DNA of 64,000 nt from an uncultured Chloroflexia bacterium (GTDB lineage Bacteria > Chloroflexota > Dehalococcoidia > DSTF01 > JALHUB01): contig CAVSBT010000037.1 of NCBI GenBank assembly GCA_963726245.1, positions 128,001 through 192,000 on the forward strand, given 5' to 3'. Of the stretch, positions 10,837-22,182 are shown piece by piece (position 1 is the stretch's first letter; each line of letters opens with the position of its first letter). The translations under genes and the position numbers were made by a program. Below the pieces are notes generated by a model. The model had not been told where the DNA came from and did no database searches. It saw nothing but the letters and a program-made list of their open reading frames with translations.

Positions 10837-12072
10837 TTGGCGCGACGCATCATCCTCTACACGGGCAAGGGCGGCGTTGGCAAGACGACGGTCGCTGCCG
10901 CGACCGCTCTTCGCGCCGCCGAGCTCGGCTATCGCACTGTCATTCTCAGCACTGACGCCGCCCACAGCCTGGCCGACGCCTTCGGCATGTCGCTGGGGCC
11001 TGAGCCCGTCCCCGTGGCGCCCAACCTCTGGGGCCAGGAGGGTGACGTCTACTACAGCCTGAGGCGCTGGTGGGGCACCGTGCACGACTGGCTGCGGGCC
11101 CTTCTGCTCTGGCAGGGGGTGGACGAGATGGAGGCGGACGAGGTGGCGGCCGTCCCCGGCATGGAGGAGCTGGCCAACCTCCTCTGGATCAACCGCCACC
11201 ACGAGAGCGGCGACTACGACGTCATTGTGGTGGACTGCGCCCCTACCGGCGAGACGCTGCGCCTCCTCAGCTTCCCCGATTCGGCCCGCTGGTGGATCGA
11301 CAAGCTCCTGCCGCTGCAGCGTCGCCTCTCACACGTGCTGCGGCCCGTGATGCGCCCGCTCACCGGCATGCCCATCCCTGAAAGGGAGGTCTTCGACGCC
11401 GTGGAGGACCTGGTGCGGCAACTGGCCCGCCTGCACGAGGTGCTATCGGACAGGGAGCTGTCCTCCGTTCGCCTGGTGCTCAACCCGGAGAAGATGGTGA
11501 TCAGGGAGACGCAGCGCACCTTCACCTATCTGAACCTGTACGGCTACGTGACCGACGCCGTGGTGTGCAACCGCGTCCTGCCGGAGGGCGTCGGCGACGG
11601 CTACTTCGCCCGCTGGAAGGAGGCCCAGGCGGGCTACGTGAACCTCATCGACGAGGCCTTTGCGCCGCTGCCCATCCTCAGCGCTCCCCTTCTGCGGGAT
11701 GAGGCCACGGGACTGGAGGCGCTCCGGGAGGTCGCCGAGCACGTCTTCGGAGGTGACGACCCAACGCGCATCTACTACCCGGCCCTGGCCCACGAGGTGC
11801 GGGCGGAGGACGGCGGCTTCGTCCTCAGCCTGGGCGCGCCCTTCGCCACCAAAGACGAGGTATCCCTGGCCCAGCGCGGCGACGAGCTATCGGTGCAGGT
11901 GGGGGTCCACCGGCGCAACATCCTTCTGCCGCGCGTCCTCGCCGGCCTTCACGCCGCCAGCGCCCGCGTGGAAGACGGCCGCCTCAACGTCTACTTCCCC
12001 CGCGAAGAAGCGGCGGAGCCGCTCCTAGCGCCAATCCAGTTCAAGAGAGACCCTTCGCTCCGCTCAGGGTGA
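10837..12072 (+). CDS. ArsA/GET3-family ATPase with C-terminal HSP20-like domain
   Basis: GKGGVGKTT, STDAAHSL, PGMEE, DCAPTGETLRLL, NPEKMVI; C-terminal beta domain. Confidence 0.9.
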   Translation: MARRIILYTGKGGVGKTTVAAATALRAAELGYRTVILSTDAAHSLADAFGMSLGPEPVPVAPNLWGQEGDVYYSLRRWWGTVHDWLRALLLWQGVDEMEADEVAAVPGMEELANLLWINRHHESGDYDVIVVDCAPTGETLRLLSFPDSARWWIDKLLPLQRRLSHVLRPVMRPLTGMPIPEREVFDAVEDLVRQLARLHEVLSDRELSSVRLVLNPEKMVIRETQRTFTYLNLYGYVTDAVVCNRVLPEGVGDGYFARWKEAQAGYVNLIDEAFAPLPILSAPLLRDEATGLEALREVAEHVFGGDDPTRIYYPALAHEVRAEDGGFVLSLGAPFATKDEVSLAQRGDELSVQVGVHRRNILLPRVLAGLHAASARVEDGRLNVYFPREEAAEPLLAPIQFKRDPSLRSG

Positions 12073-12104
12073 CATAGTTGTCATTCTGAGCGGAGCGAAG
12101 AATC
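12047..12104. repeat. Inverted pair of REP-like elements (GACCCTTCGCTCCGCTCAGGGTGAC / GTCATTCTGAGCGGAGCGAAGAATC) between convergent genes
   Basis: Two related hairpins facing each other; a related copy lies at ~25494-25518. Confidence 0.7.
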
Positions 12105-12136
12105 CATCTTCGACCTGGGCCAGCGGTCGCCGCCGC

Positions 12137-13061
12137 CTAGCCTTCCTTGGGCTTCCGTAGCGGCCACTCGTTCACGAGGTTGGCCGTCACCTGCTTGCTC
12201 ACGAGCTGGGAGACCAGGTCCACCGTCCATGGCTTCTCCGTCTCCACGGCCGCTATGATCTCCGGCTCGGAGTAGAGGCCGACGTAGCCGGCATGAACGA
12301 GGAAGGTGCGGCCGTTGACGTTCGCAGGCCTCATCGGTGCAGAGCCAGGCGACAAAGGGGCCGATCTCCTCCGGCAACTGCTTCTCCAGCTGGGCAAGCA
12401 TGTTCATGCCCGCCTCGCCAGCGCGCGAGAAGCGGCGGCGCATCTCGTCGCTGAGGGTGAGGCGGGTGGCGGCCAGGGGGCGGATGGCGTTGCAGCGCAC
12501 GCCGTAGCGGCCCATCTCCCGCGCCACCGTGCGCGTCATGCCGACGATGCCCTCCTTCGCCGCCGAGTAGTTGGTCTGGCCGGGGTTCCCCAGCCCGGAC
12601 GTGGAGGAGGTGTTGACGATGACCCCCGGCTGGCGGGCCTGCCGGAAGTAGACGCAGGCGGCCTGCATCAGGTTGAAGTGGCCCTTGACGTGCACGGCGA
12701 TGACGTCGTCGAACTCCTCCTCGCTCATGTTGGCGAGCGTGCGGTCGCGGAGGATGCCGGCGTTGTTGACGACGATGTCCAGCCTGCCGAAGCTGTCGAG
12801 GGCCTGCCTGACGAGCTTCTCGCCGGTGGCGTGCTCGACGACGCTGTCGTAGCTGGCGAGCGCCCGGCCGCCCATCCTCTTGATCTCGTCGACCACCTCG
12901 TCGGCAGGGCCCTTGTCGCCGCCGGTGCCGTCGGTGGCGCCGCCGAAGTCGTTGACGATGACGATGGCGCCCTCAGAGGCGAGCGCCAGCGCCTCGCCCC
13001 TGCCGATGCCGCGGCCGGCGCCCGTCACGATGGCAACCCTGCCCTTGAGTCTCTCGCCCAC
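12137..13061 (-). CDS. short-chain dehydrogenase/reductase (frameshift ~12330)
   Basis: TGAGRGIG, VNNAGILRD, NYSAAK; C-terminus continues in ORF 12137..12397. Confidence 0.88.
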
Positions 13062-13098
13062 TACTGGTCCCCCTTCTTGAGGTCTGGAGCCGTCCAGG

Positions 13099-16000
13099 CT
13101 ACCAGGATGTCTTCGACTTGTGACTCGCGAACAAGCATGGGTTCACCCAGGATGCACTGTCGCCGCGCCGGCGGTCCGAGCCTTCTACCTCCACCCTTCC
13201 CGTCTCCCCCACCACCTGCCGCAGGCGCTCGACCAGCTCCTCGCAGGCGCGGGCCGAGGGCAGGGCCAGCTCCACGTCCTGGCCGTCGGACTGGCGGACG
13301 CGCAGTCGCACGGGGTCGTCGCCGGGGAAGTCCCGCAGGCAGGCGACCAGCGCCGCCACGCGGGCGCGGTCGGCCGCCTCGTCGTCCGTCTCCTCCAGCG
13401 TGACGCGCAGGACCGTGGGGGAGTGGGGCCCTATGCCCTCTGCCCTTTGCCCTTTGCCTGCGGCCGCCGTTGCTGCTGGAGCTGCAAGCCCTGGCGCCAC
13501 GCTTGCCGGCCGCGTGCCAGCCGGACGGCTCCCCTGGGCCGCCAGCCAGTCGGGGATGGCGAAGGGCGCGCCGCCGCCCGCCTGGTAGAGCGCGACGCGC
13601 TGCACGCCCACCGTGAGCCTCTCGCCTCGCTCGCGGACGCGCACCAGCACGAGCAGGATGTTGCCCTCCATCCACAGCTCGCGCGTCTGCTCGTAGAGGT
13701 CGGGCCAGACGGTGACCTCCAGGCTGCCCGAGAGGTCTTCCATCTCCACGGCCAGGAAGGGGCGGCTGTCGCGGGTGAAGAGAGGCCGCGAGCCGGTGAC
13801 CAGACCCGCCAGCACCAGCTCTCGACCCGACATCTCCGCCGTCACCTCGCTGCAGACGGCGGTTACGTGGGAGGCCAGGGCGCCGGCGGCGGCGCTGAAG
13901 GGGTGCTCGGAGACGTAGACCCCCAGGAGCTCCTTCTCCCAGGCCAGCATCTCCGACCGGGCCAGCTCCGTCTCCTCCGACTCCGCTTGGCCGGCAGGCA
14001 GCCCTGCCTGTCCGGCAGGCAGGTCCAGGGCGGGCAGAGGAGTGGCGGCGCTCTGGCCGAACATGTCGAACATGGTGGACTGCCCGGACTCGCGCAGCCG
14101 CTGCTCGCGCTGGGCGAGGGAGACGATGCGATCCAGGTTGGCCAGCAGGGTGGCCCGCCCGTACGAACGGCCGTCGGGGCGCTGTCCCAGGCTGTCGAGG
14201 GCGCCCGCCTTCACCAGGCTCTCCAGGGCGCGCTTGTTGAGGTTTCGAAGGTTGGCGCGGCGGCAGAAGTCCTCGATGGAGGCGAACTCCCGCCCGCCGC
14301 CTTCGCCTTCGTCGCGAGCGGCGATGAGGCTCTCGGCCGCGCCAGCGCCGACGTTCTTGATGAGGGCCAGCCCGAAGCGGATGGCGGTGCGGCCATCGGG
14401 GAGGGCCTCCAAGGCAAAGTTGACCTGGCTGTGGTTGACGTCGGGCGGCAGGATAGGGATGCCGAGCTTGGCGCACTCGGCGACGGCGCTGGCGATGCGC
14501 TCGTGGGCGCCCGCCGGGTGATGGGGCGCCATCATGAGCACGGCCGTCATGTAGTCGGCCGGGTAGCAGGCCTTCAGGTAGGCCGTCTGGTAGGCGATGG
14601 TGGCGTAGCAGTAGGCGTGGGCCTTGTTGAAGGCGTAGCCGGCGAACGGCAGGATAAGCTCGAAGATCTCGCTGGCCAGCTCCTCACTGTAGCCGCGCGC
14701 CTTCGCCCCATCGAGGAAGCGCTGGCGTTCGGCGCGCATGACCTCAGGGATCTTCTTGCCCATCGCCTTGCGCATGGTGTCGGCGTCGCCCAGGCTGTAG
14801 CCAGCGAACTTCTGGGCGATGAGGAGCACCTGGTCCTGGTAGACGATGACGCCGTAGGTCTCGTCCAGGAGGTCGGACAGGTCCGGGTGCGGGTAGCGGA
14901 TCTGCTCGTGGCCGTGCTTGGCGCGGCAGTAGGTGGGGATGTGCTGCATGGGCCCCGGCCGGTAGAGGGCGACCATGGCCGCCAGGTCGCCGATGCCGGT
15001 CGGCTTCAGCTCCTGGATGTGACGGCGCATGCCGGCGCTCTCCAACTGGAATACCCCGAAGGTCTCCCCTTTCGACAGCATCTCGTAGGTGGCGGCGTCC
15101 CCGTCGGGCAGGTTCGTCAGGTCCACATCTACGCCGTGGGCCTGCCGGATGATCTCCACCGCGCGGTCGAGAATGGTGAGGTTGGTGAGGCCCAGGAGGT
15201 CCATCTTCAGCAGCCCGATGGCCGCCACCTGCTCCATGGCGAACTGGGTCATGGGGATGGCGGCGTCGCCGTCGCTGCTGCGGGCGGGCCTCTGGAGGGG
15301 CACGTGCTCCACGAGCGGCTCGCGGGAGATGACGACGCCGGCAGCATGAGTGCTGGCGTGGCGAGACAGTCCCTCCAGCTTCTGGGCGGTCTCCACCAGG
15401 CGCCGCACCTGCTCGTCCATGTCGTAGAGGGAGCGCAGCTCCGGGTTCTCGTCCAGGGCGCGCTCTATGGTCATGTGGAGGGCGTTGGGCACGAGGCGGG
15501 CGACGCGGTCTGTGTCGGCGTAGCGTAAGGCCGAGTGCGCGGCCCACGTCCCGGATGGCGGCCTTGGCGCCCATGGTGCCGAAGGTGATGATCTGGGCGA
15601 CGCGATCATAGCCGTACTTCTCCGCGACATAGCGGATGACCTCGTCGCGGCGGTCCTCGGCGAAGTCGAGGTCGATGTCCGGCGGCTCGCGGCGCTGGTC
15701 GTGCAGGAAGCGTTCGAAGACCAGGCGGGCGGCCAGGGGGTCGATCTCGGTGACGCCCAGGCAGTAGAGGATGAGGCTGGCGGCGGCGCTGCCGCGTACC
15801 CCCATGCCGATGCCCTGTGATCGCGCGAACTGGGCGATGCCGTTGACCACCAGGATGTAGTTGGTGAAGCCCGTCTTCCGCACCACCTCCAGCTCGTACT
15901 GGAGGCGGCGCTCCACGTCCTCGGAGGCGGCCGGGTAGCGCCGGGCGAGGCCCTCCTGGGTCAGGCGGGCCAGGTGCTCTTCGGAGGAGACGCCGGGCGG

Positions 16001-16849
16001 CAGGTCGGGCTCCGGCAGGTGCAGGCGGCCGAACTCCAGCTCCAGGTCGCAGGCCTGGGCCACCTGCCAGGTGTTGTCGATGGCCTCCGGCAGGTCGGGG
16101 AAGAGGGCGCGCATCTCCTCCTCTGACTTCAGGTAGTAGGAGTCGTCCGACATCCTCATCCGCTTCTCGTCCAGGACGGAGGAGTTGGTGCCGATGCAGA
16201 GGAGGATGTCGTGGATGGGGGCGTCCTCCCGGTAGACGTAGTGGCAGTCGTTCGTAGCCACCAGGGGGATGCCGGTCTCGCGCGAGAGGCTAACCAGGTC
16301 GCGGTTGACGGCGGTGACCTCCGGCATGCTGTGCTCTTGGAGCTCGAGATAGAAGCCGTCGAAGACTTCCTGATACCAGCGGGCCGTCTTCGCCGCCTCC
16401 TCATAGCGACCGTCCATCAGCAGGCGGTGCACTTCGCTGGAGTTGCAGCCGGAGAGGGCGATGATCCCATCGCTGTGCTGCTGGAAGAGCTCCTTGTCCA
16501 TGCGCGGCTTGTAGTAGTAGCCCTCCAGGTTCGCCTTGGTCACCAGGGCCAGCAGGTTGCGATAGCCCTTCAGGTTGCGCGAGAGGAGGGTGATGTGAAA
16601 GGACCGCTTGTCGGCGGGCTCGCGGGAGAGGCGTGAGCCAGGGGCGACGTAGGCCTCGATGCCGATGATCGGCTTGACGCCGCGGGCGCGCGCCTCGCGA
16701 TAGAAGTCGATGGCGGCGTAGAGGACGCCGTGGTCGGTGAGGGCGACGGCCTCCTGGCCCAGCTCGCGGGCGCGGTCCATGAGCTGGGGGATGCGGGAGA
16801 GGCCGTCCAGCAGGCTGTACTCGGTGTGAAGGTGAAGGTGGGTGAACAT
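13099..16849 (-). CDS. dnaE: DNA polymerase III alpha subunit (frameshift ~15530)
   Basis: FTHLHLHTEYSLLDG PHP domain, GSAAAS, PDIDLDF, STHAAG, GLLKMDLLGL, FAGYAFNKAHA, OB fold. Confidence 0.95.
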
Positions 16850-16965
16850 TCGCGCCGCTATCCGGCCTATTCTAGCAGGCCACGGCAGCAGGCAGGCGAG
16901 CGCTTATGTGAATTTGCCGCCGTCGTGAGGGGCGGGAAAGCGAGGCGGCCAGTGGCGGCGCACAA

Positions 16966-17121
16966 CCCCAGCGTGAACGCTGGGGCATCGGAAGGCGAAT
17001 CTATGCCCCCGCCTTCAGGCGGGGGTGAAGGATTCCCCTACCAACGGTGAGCCAGCATGGCCGCGTAGCGGAAGGCTTTAGCCTTCCACAGAGGCCGTGG
17101 AGGGCTGAAGCCCTCCTCTAC
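16966..17121. repeat. Cluster of GC-rich palindromes including an inverted GTAG-type REP doublet (17065-17121)
   Basis: CCCCAGCGTGAACGCTGGGG, CCCCCGCCTTCAGGCGGGGG, GTAGCGGAAGGCTTTAGCCTTCC and GGAGGGCTGAAGCCCTCCTCTAC. Confidence 0.7.
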
Positions 17122-17173
17122 GCGCGGGGCCTTCGGAGGAACGGAGGTGTCGTCGCGCCAGAGGCTCGGTTGC

Positions 17174-17683
17174 CTAGTGGCTGTGGACGGGGCTGAGGTA
17201 GTGCTCGCGCGCGGCCGAGGGTGAGGCCGCTCGGGCGCGGTCCTTGGCCTGCACGAAGACACGGAAGATCACGGTGGCGACAAGGGCGGCCAGCCAGGTG
17301 TTGAATGCCCCAAGCCAGACCAGCGTCACCGTGGGGATCCAGTAGACGTAGTGAATGTTGTCCAAGCCCAGGCTGTCGGTATTGAGCATGACCACAAAGG
17401 GGAGGATAGCGCCGGCGGCGCCTATGATGCCCGCCCAGATGGCAGCCCATCGGGCGCGGCCCTGGCCGAAGAAGCACCAGGCGAAGGCCACGAGGTTCAG
17501 AAGGGCCGGGAAGAACGTGCCCAGGGCCTGGTCGCGGACCGCCCAGGGTCCTCCGTTGCCGAGGCTCAGGTCCGTGCCCTCATAGAGGGTCATGCGCGAT
17601 TGCAGGAACACCGAAAGGGGAACGGTGACCACGGGGATCAGGAGCACCCACAGAAACGGACAGAACCACTTACGGAGCCACAT
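17174..17683 (-). CDS. hypothetical membrane protein (~4 TM)
   Basis: Hydrophobic segments; RBS-like GGAAGGG upstream. Confidence 0.6.
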   Translation of the reverse strand: MWLRKWFCPFLWVLLIPVVTVPLSVFLQSRMTLYEGTDLSLGNGGPWAVRDQALGTFFPALLNLVAFAWCFFGQGRARWAAIWAGIIGAAGAILPFVVMLNTDSLGLDNIHYVYWIPTVTLVWLGAFNTWLAALVATVIFRVFVQAKDRARAASPSAAREHYLSPVHSH

Positions 17684-17916
17684 AGTCGCCCTTCCTACAT
17701 CTCAAGGAGTGCGGCACCATATTAGGGATTACGCTGCCCCTGTGGGAGTAGGGTTTACCCCTAATTCCGCCGGGAAAACACCCTACTTCTTAACCATTTG
17801 AGTGAAAGACGCCCGCCCATTACTATGGCTGCGGTCAGCGTCAGGGTGGCGCGAGCCTGCCTAGCTCTGGTGAGGCTGTGGACGTCAACATCCTTGACGC
17901 GCGGGGGTAGCACCCA

Positions 17917-20406
17917 TTGGCATCGGACAGGGCGGCCTTCCTAGACGTGCTCGGAGCGCTGGGCCGGCCCCTCGGCCTCTTGAGGAGGTCGGGGGTCGCT
18001 GCGGACCGCACGCGGCCCACGGCCGGCACCTATGCCGGCCTCTTCATGGTCTCCCTCAGCACGCTGATGTACGAAGTCCTCCTGACGCGAATATTCAGCG
18101 TGACCATGTGGTACCACTTCGCCTTCGTCGCCATCTCCGTGGCCCTCTTCGGCATGACCGTCGGCGCGTTGCTGGTCCACCTCCTGCCCGAGCGCTTCCC
18201 GGACGAAAGGGCCAAGGAGCGGCTCTCGCTGTTCGCGCTTCTCTTCGGCCTGTCCGTAGTTGTCAGCTTCCTCACCCAGCTCTCGATCCCCTTCAACCCG
18301 GAGTGGACACTGGCGGGGATCTACTCAGTCGGCTTCACCTACCTGGTGACCTCCGTCCCCTTCATATTCAGCGGCGTCTGCGTTTGCCTGGCCCTCACGA
18401 AGTTCAGCCGGCAGGTCAGCAAGCTGTATGCGGCCGACCTGGTGGGCGCGGCCCTGGGCGCCATCCTCCTCCTCCAGCTCCTCAACGTCCTCGATGGCCC
18501 GTCCGCCGTGATTGCCATCGCCTCCCTCTGCTGCCTCGGCGCGGTGCTCTTCGCCCACGATGCCGGCGCGCGTGTCACCATGGGGCTCGCCGCCGCCTCT
18601 GCCGCCGTGCTCCTCAGCTTCACCGTCGCCAACGCCGTCGCCTACCGGCACCAGGATCCGATCCTGCGACTGACGTGGGTCAAGGGCGAGCAGGAGCAGG
18701 CGGGCCTCTACCAGAAATGGAACTCGTTCTCGCGGATCTTGGTGGGGGGCGACCCGAACATGCCCATCAGGCCCAACTGGGGCGGTATGAGCGTGACGCT
18801 GCCGGCCAGCTTCGAGGCGCGCCAGCTCTCCATGACCATCGATGCCGGCGCCGGCACGGTCCTCACCCACTACGACGGTGACCCGCGGACCATCGAGCAC
18901 ATGAAGTACCAGGTGGTGAACCTGGCGCACTACATCAGGAGCAACGCCGACGTGCTGGTGGTCGGCGTGGGCGGCGGCAGCGACGTGTTGTCGGCGCTGG
19001 CCTTCAACCAGCGCTCTGTCACCGGCGTCGAGATCAATCAGCAGATACTGGACGCCGTCAACAAGGTCTACGGCGACTTCACCGGTCACCTGGACCGCGA
19101 CCCGCGGGTCCGCTTCGTCAACGACGAGGCGAGGAGCTACGTCGCCCGCTCCAAGGACAAGTTCGACATCATTCAGATCTCGTTCATCGACACCTGGGCG
19201 GCGACGGCGGCAGGGGCCTACGCCCTCTCCGAGAACTCGCTCTACACCGTCGAAGGGTGGCAGACCTTCCTCGACCACCTAACCCCCGGCGGGGTGCTGA
19301 CCGTCTCCCGCTGGTACGTCCAGGACCGGCCGCTGGAGGCCTATCGCCTCACAGCGCTGGCAGCGAAGGTCCTGCGCGACCGGGGCATCGATGACCCGCG
19401 CCAGCACGTCTTCCTGGCGGTGGGCCCCGCGCCGTTCGTCTCTGTGGGCACGATCATCGTCAGCCCAAAGCCGTTCTCGCAGGCGGACCTGGCGACGCTG
19501 GAACGCGTCGCAAGCCAGATGCAGTTCGAGGTGGCGGTGGCGCCGGACCAAACCAGCGACCCCATGTTCGGGGCCATCCTCGAGGCGAAGGACCCGGCTG
19601 CCTTCGCCGCCGGCTACTCCTTCGACATCTCGCCGCCGACTGACAACAGGCCCTTCTTCTTTCAGATGGTCCGGCTTCAAGATGTGTTCAAGAGCGTCTC
19701 GGTTTGGGAGGACTACCTCAGGAAGCCGACGCGGGTCCTCTTCTCGCTGACCATCGCCGTCCTGTCGCTGACTTTGATGGCCATCGTCCTGCCGCTGGCC
19801 CTCACCACGAACAGGAAGGCCCTGAAGGGCATGCTGCCGTTCTTCGTGTTCTTCTCGGGCATCGGCCTGGGCTTCCTGCTGGTGGAGGTCTCCCAGTTGC
19901 AGCGCCTCATCATCTTCCTGGGGCACCCGTCTTACGCCCTGTCGGTGGTGCTCTTCTCGCTTCTCCTGTCCAGCGGCATCGGCAGCCTGGCGACCCAGCG
20001 ATTGGGCAACCCGCATCCGCGCCTGTCCACCCTGTGGCCGTTCGTGCCTCTGCTGGCGCTGCTGGTCGTCTTCGGCTTTGCGACGCCTCTCGCCATCGAC
20101 CGGTTTGACTCGGCGACGACGCCGGTGCGCATCGCAGTGGCCACCGCCATGCTGGTACCCGTCGGCTTCCTGATGGGGATGCCCTTCCCCATTGGGATGA
20201 AGATGGCCTCGTTGCGGCCGCAGGCGCCGACGGCGTTCCTGTGGGGCATCAACGGCGCCATGTCGGTGTGCGCGTCGGTGCTGGCCGTGCTCATCGCGAT
20301 GACGTGGGGCGTTTCGACGACGTTCTGGGTGGGGTGCCTGTGCTACGCCGTCGCCCTCGCGGCGCTCAGCTTCACCGTCAGGGCGGAAGCCCAGCGCCGG
20401 GTTTGA
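17917..20406 (+). CDS. multi-pass membrane protein with central spermidine-synthase-like SAM-dependent domain
   Basis: N- and C-terminal TM blocks, KLYAADLVGA, VVGVGGGSD, GVEIN, DEARSY, SENSLYTVE, PPTDNRPFF. Confidence 0.82.
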   Translation: MASDRAAFLDVLGALGRPLGLLRRSGVAADRTRPTAGTYAGLFMVSLSTLMYEVLLTRIFSVTMWYHFAFVAISVALFGMTVGALLVHLLPERFPDERAKERLSLFALLFGLSVVVSFLTQLSIPFNPEWTLAGIYSVGFTYLVTSVPFIFSGVCVCLALTKFSRQVSKLYAADLVGAALGAILLLQLLNVLDGPSAVIAIASLCCLGAVLFAHDAGARVTMGLAAASAAVLLSFTVANAVAYRHQDPILRLTWVKGEQEQAGLYQKWNSFSRILVGGDPNMPIRPNWGGMSVTLPASFEARQLSMTIDAGAGTVLTHYDGDPRTIEHMKYQVVNLAHYIRSNADVLVVGVGGGSDVLSALAFNQRSVTGVEINQQILDAVNKVYGDFTGHLDRDPRVRFVNDEARSYVARSKDKFDIIQISFIDTWAATAAGAYALSENSLYTVEGWQTFLDHLTPGGVLTVSRWYVQDRPLEAYRLTALAAKVLRDRGIDDPRQHVFLAVGPAPFVSVGTIIVSPKPFSQADLATLERVASQMQFEVAVAPDQTSDPMFGAILEAKDPAAFAAGYSFDISPPTDNRPFFFQMVRLQDVFKSVSVWEDYLRKPTRVLFSLTIAVLSLTLMAIVLPLALTTNRKALKGMLPFFVFFSGIGLGFLLVEVSQLQRLIIFLGHPSYALSVVLFSLLLSSGIGSLATQRLGNPHPRLSTLWPFVPLLALLVVFGFATPLAIDRFDSATTPVRIAVATAMLVPVGFLMGMPFPIGMKMASLRPQAPTAFLWGINGAMSVCASVLAVLIAMTWGVSTTFWVGCLCYAVALAALSFTVRAEAQRRV

Positions 20407-20485
20407 CCACCCTCAGGAGCGGATGCTAGCATTGGATTGCGGCGACCGGGAGCGTTTGTGAGGGGGAAGAAGGTGAGAGGGCCGG

Positions 20486-20764
20486 ATGGTTAAGACAAAT
20501 AGCCAGGACTTAGAGACGAGGGTGGAGGAGACGCTGGATGAGATCCGGCCCTATCTCGAATCCCACGGCGGCGACGTGACGCTGCTGGAGGTCACCCCAG
20601 AGAAGGTGGCGAGGCTGCAGCTCCTCGGGGCCTGCGGCGGCTGCCCGATGAGCGCCATGACCCTCAAGTTTGGCATCGAGCGCCTCCTAGAGGACCGCGT
20701 GCCGGAGCTGGCCGGCGTCGAGGCGGTGACCGCGGACGACTTCGACCCGTCGGCGTACGAGTAG
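20486..20764 (+). CDS. NifU/NfuA-family Fe-S carrier domain protein
   Basis: IRPYLESHGGDV, LLGACGGCPMSAMTLKFGIE. Confidence 0.92.
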   Translation: MVKTNSQDLETRVEETLDEIRPYLESHGGDVTLLEVTPEKVARLQLLGACGGCPMSAMTLKFGIERLLEDRVPELAGVEAVTADDFDPSAYE

Positions 20765-20844
20765 AAACCCTCCCAGCACAACTTCGAAGGCCAGGCTCAA
20801 GCCTGGCCTTCGGTGCTTGACGTGATCCGCGCCTCCTGACGCCC

Positions 20845-20937
20845 GCAGCGGAGGCCTTTAGGCCTCCACACTCCCGTCATTCGTCCGAAGGCTGGCCTTG
20901 GGTCACCTTGCGGACGGAGCTGAAGCTCCGTCCCTAC
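20845..20937. repeat. REP-like doublet between convergent genes
   Basis: GCAGCGGAGGCCTTTAGGCCTCC ... GGACGGAGCTGAAGCTCCGTCCCTAC; preceded by hairpin GAAGGCCAGGCTCAAGCCTGGCCTTC. Confidence 0.65.
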
Positions 20938-20961
20938 GTCGCGAAGAAAGGCCCAGCCCCG

Positions 20962-22182
20962 CTACTCTTCCTTGTCCAGCTCGAAGGCGCGATGGAGGGC
21001 GCGCACGGCCTGCGGCACCTTCGATTCGCTGATGATGCAGGTGATGCGGATCTCGCTGGTGGAGATCATCTCGATGTTGATGCCCTCATCGAAGAGGGTG
21101 CGGAACATGCGGGCGGCGTAGCCGGGGGCAGTGGTCATCCCCGTGCCCACGACGCTCACCTTGCCCAGCTTGTCGTCGGTGACGACCTCGGCGGCGCCGA
21201 TGCTGCGGGAGGCCTCTTCGACGATCGGCAGCGCCTTGTGCAGGTCCTTGCGCGACACCGTGAAAGTGACGTCGGTGAGCTGCTCGACGCTGGCGTTCTG
21301 GACGATGGTGTCCACCGATACGTGGGCCTCGGCCAGAGGGTCGAATATGCTGACGGCGATGCCCGGCCGGTCGGGGACGCCCCGGACGGTGATCTTGGCT
21401 ACGTCCAGGTCCTGCGCGATGCCGCGTACCTTCTTGAACTGCTCCATGGATACGCCTCCGTGTATCAGCGTGCCCGGCGCCTCCTTGAAGCTGGAAGCCA
21501 CCAGGATAGGCATGTTGTAGACCGCCCCCAGCTCGACAGACCGCGCATGCATGACCTTGGCCCCTACGGCGGCCAGCTCCAGCATCTCCTCGTAGCCGAT
21601 GTCCTTCAGCTTCCGTGCCCTGGGCTCAACGCGGGGGTCGGTGGTGTAGACGCCTTCGACGTCGGTGTAGATCTCGCAGACCTCAGCGCCGAGGGCGGCG
21701 GCCAGGGCCACCGCCGTCGTGTCGGACCCGCCGCGGCCGAGGGTGGTGACGTCCATCTCGTCCGTGACGCCCTGAAAGCCGGCCACGACGATGATGCGGC
21801 CCTGCTTCAGCTCCCGCCGCACGCGCTTCGCGTCGATGCCCTGGATGCGCGCCTTGCTGTGGACGGCGTCGGTCTTGATGCCGGCCTGGGCCCCCGAGAG
21901 GCTGACGGCGTCATAGCCCATCGATTGGAGGGCCATGGCCATGAGGGTGGTGGACACCGTCTCCCCCGTCGACAGGAGAACGTCCATCTCCCGCTCCGGG
22001 GGATGCTCCATGACCTCCTGGGCCAGGGCGATGAGCTGGTCGGTGGTCTTGCCCATGGCGGAGACCACCACCAACACGTCGTTCCCCTGATCCTTGCGGC
22101 GGGCGACGCGGCGGGCGACGTTCTTGATGAACTCGGCGCTGGCAAGGGAGCTGCCGCCGTACTTCTGGACGATGAGTGCCAT
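20962..22182 (-). CDS. lysC: aspartate kinase
   Basis: [40 protein letters not shown], two ACT domains. Confidence 0.95.
   Translation of the reverse strand: MALIVQKYGGSSLASAEFIKNVARRVARRKDQGNDVLVVVSAMGKTTDQLIALAQEVMEHPPEREMDVLLSTGETVSTTLMAMALQSMGYDAVSLSGAQAGIKTDAVHSKARIQGIDAKRVRRELKQGRIIVVAGFQGVTDEMDVTTLGRGGSDTTAVALAAALGAEVCEIYTDVEGVYTTDPRVEPRARKLKDIGYEEMLELAAVGAKVMHARSVELGAVYNMPILVASSFKEAPGTLIHGGVSMEQFKKVRGIAQDLDVAKITVRGVPDRPGIAVSIFDPLAEAHVSVDTIVQNASVEQLTDVTFTVSRKDLHKALPIVEEASRSIGAAEVVTDDKLGKVSVVGTGMTTAPGYAARMFRTLFDEGINIEMISTSEIRITCIISESKVPQAVRALHRAFELDKEE

Noticed and set aside
13120-15528. Long antisense ORFs (e.g. 13120..15528 +, 58176..60248 +, 8089..9408 -)
   Set aside because: Shadow ORFs of high-GC coding genes on the opposite strand, with no recognisable motifs.
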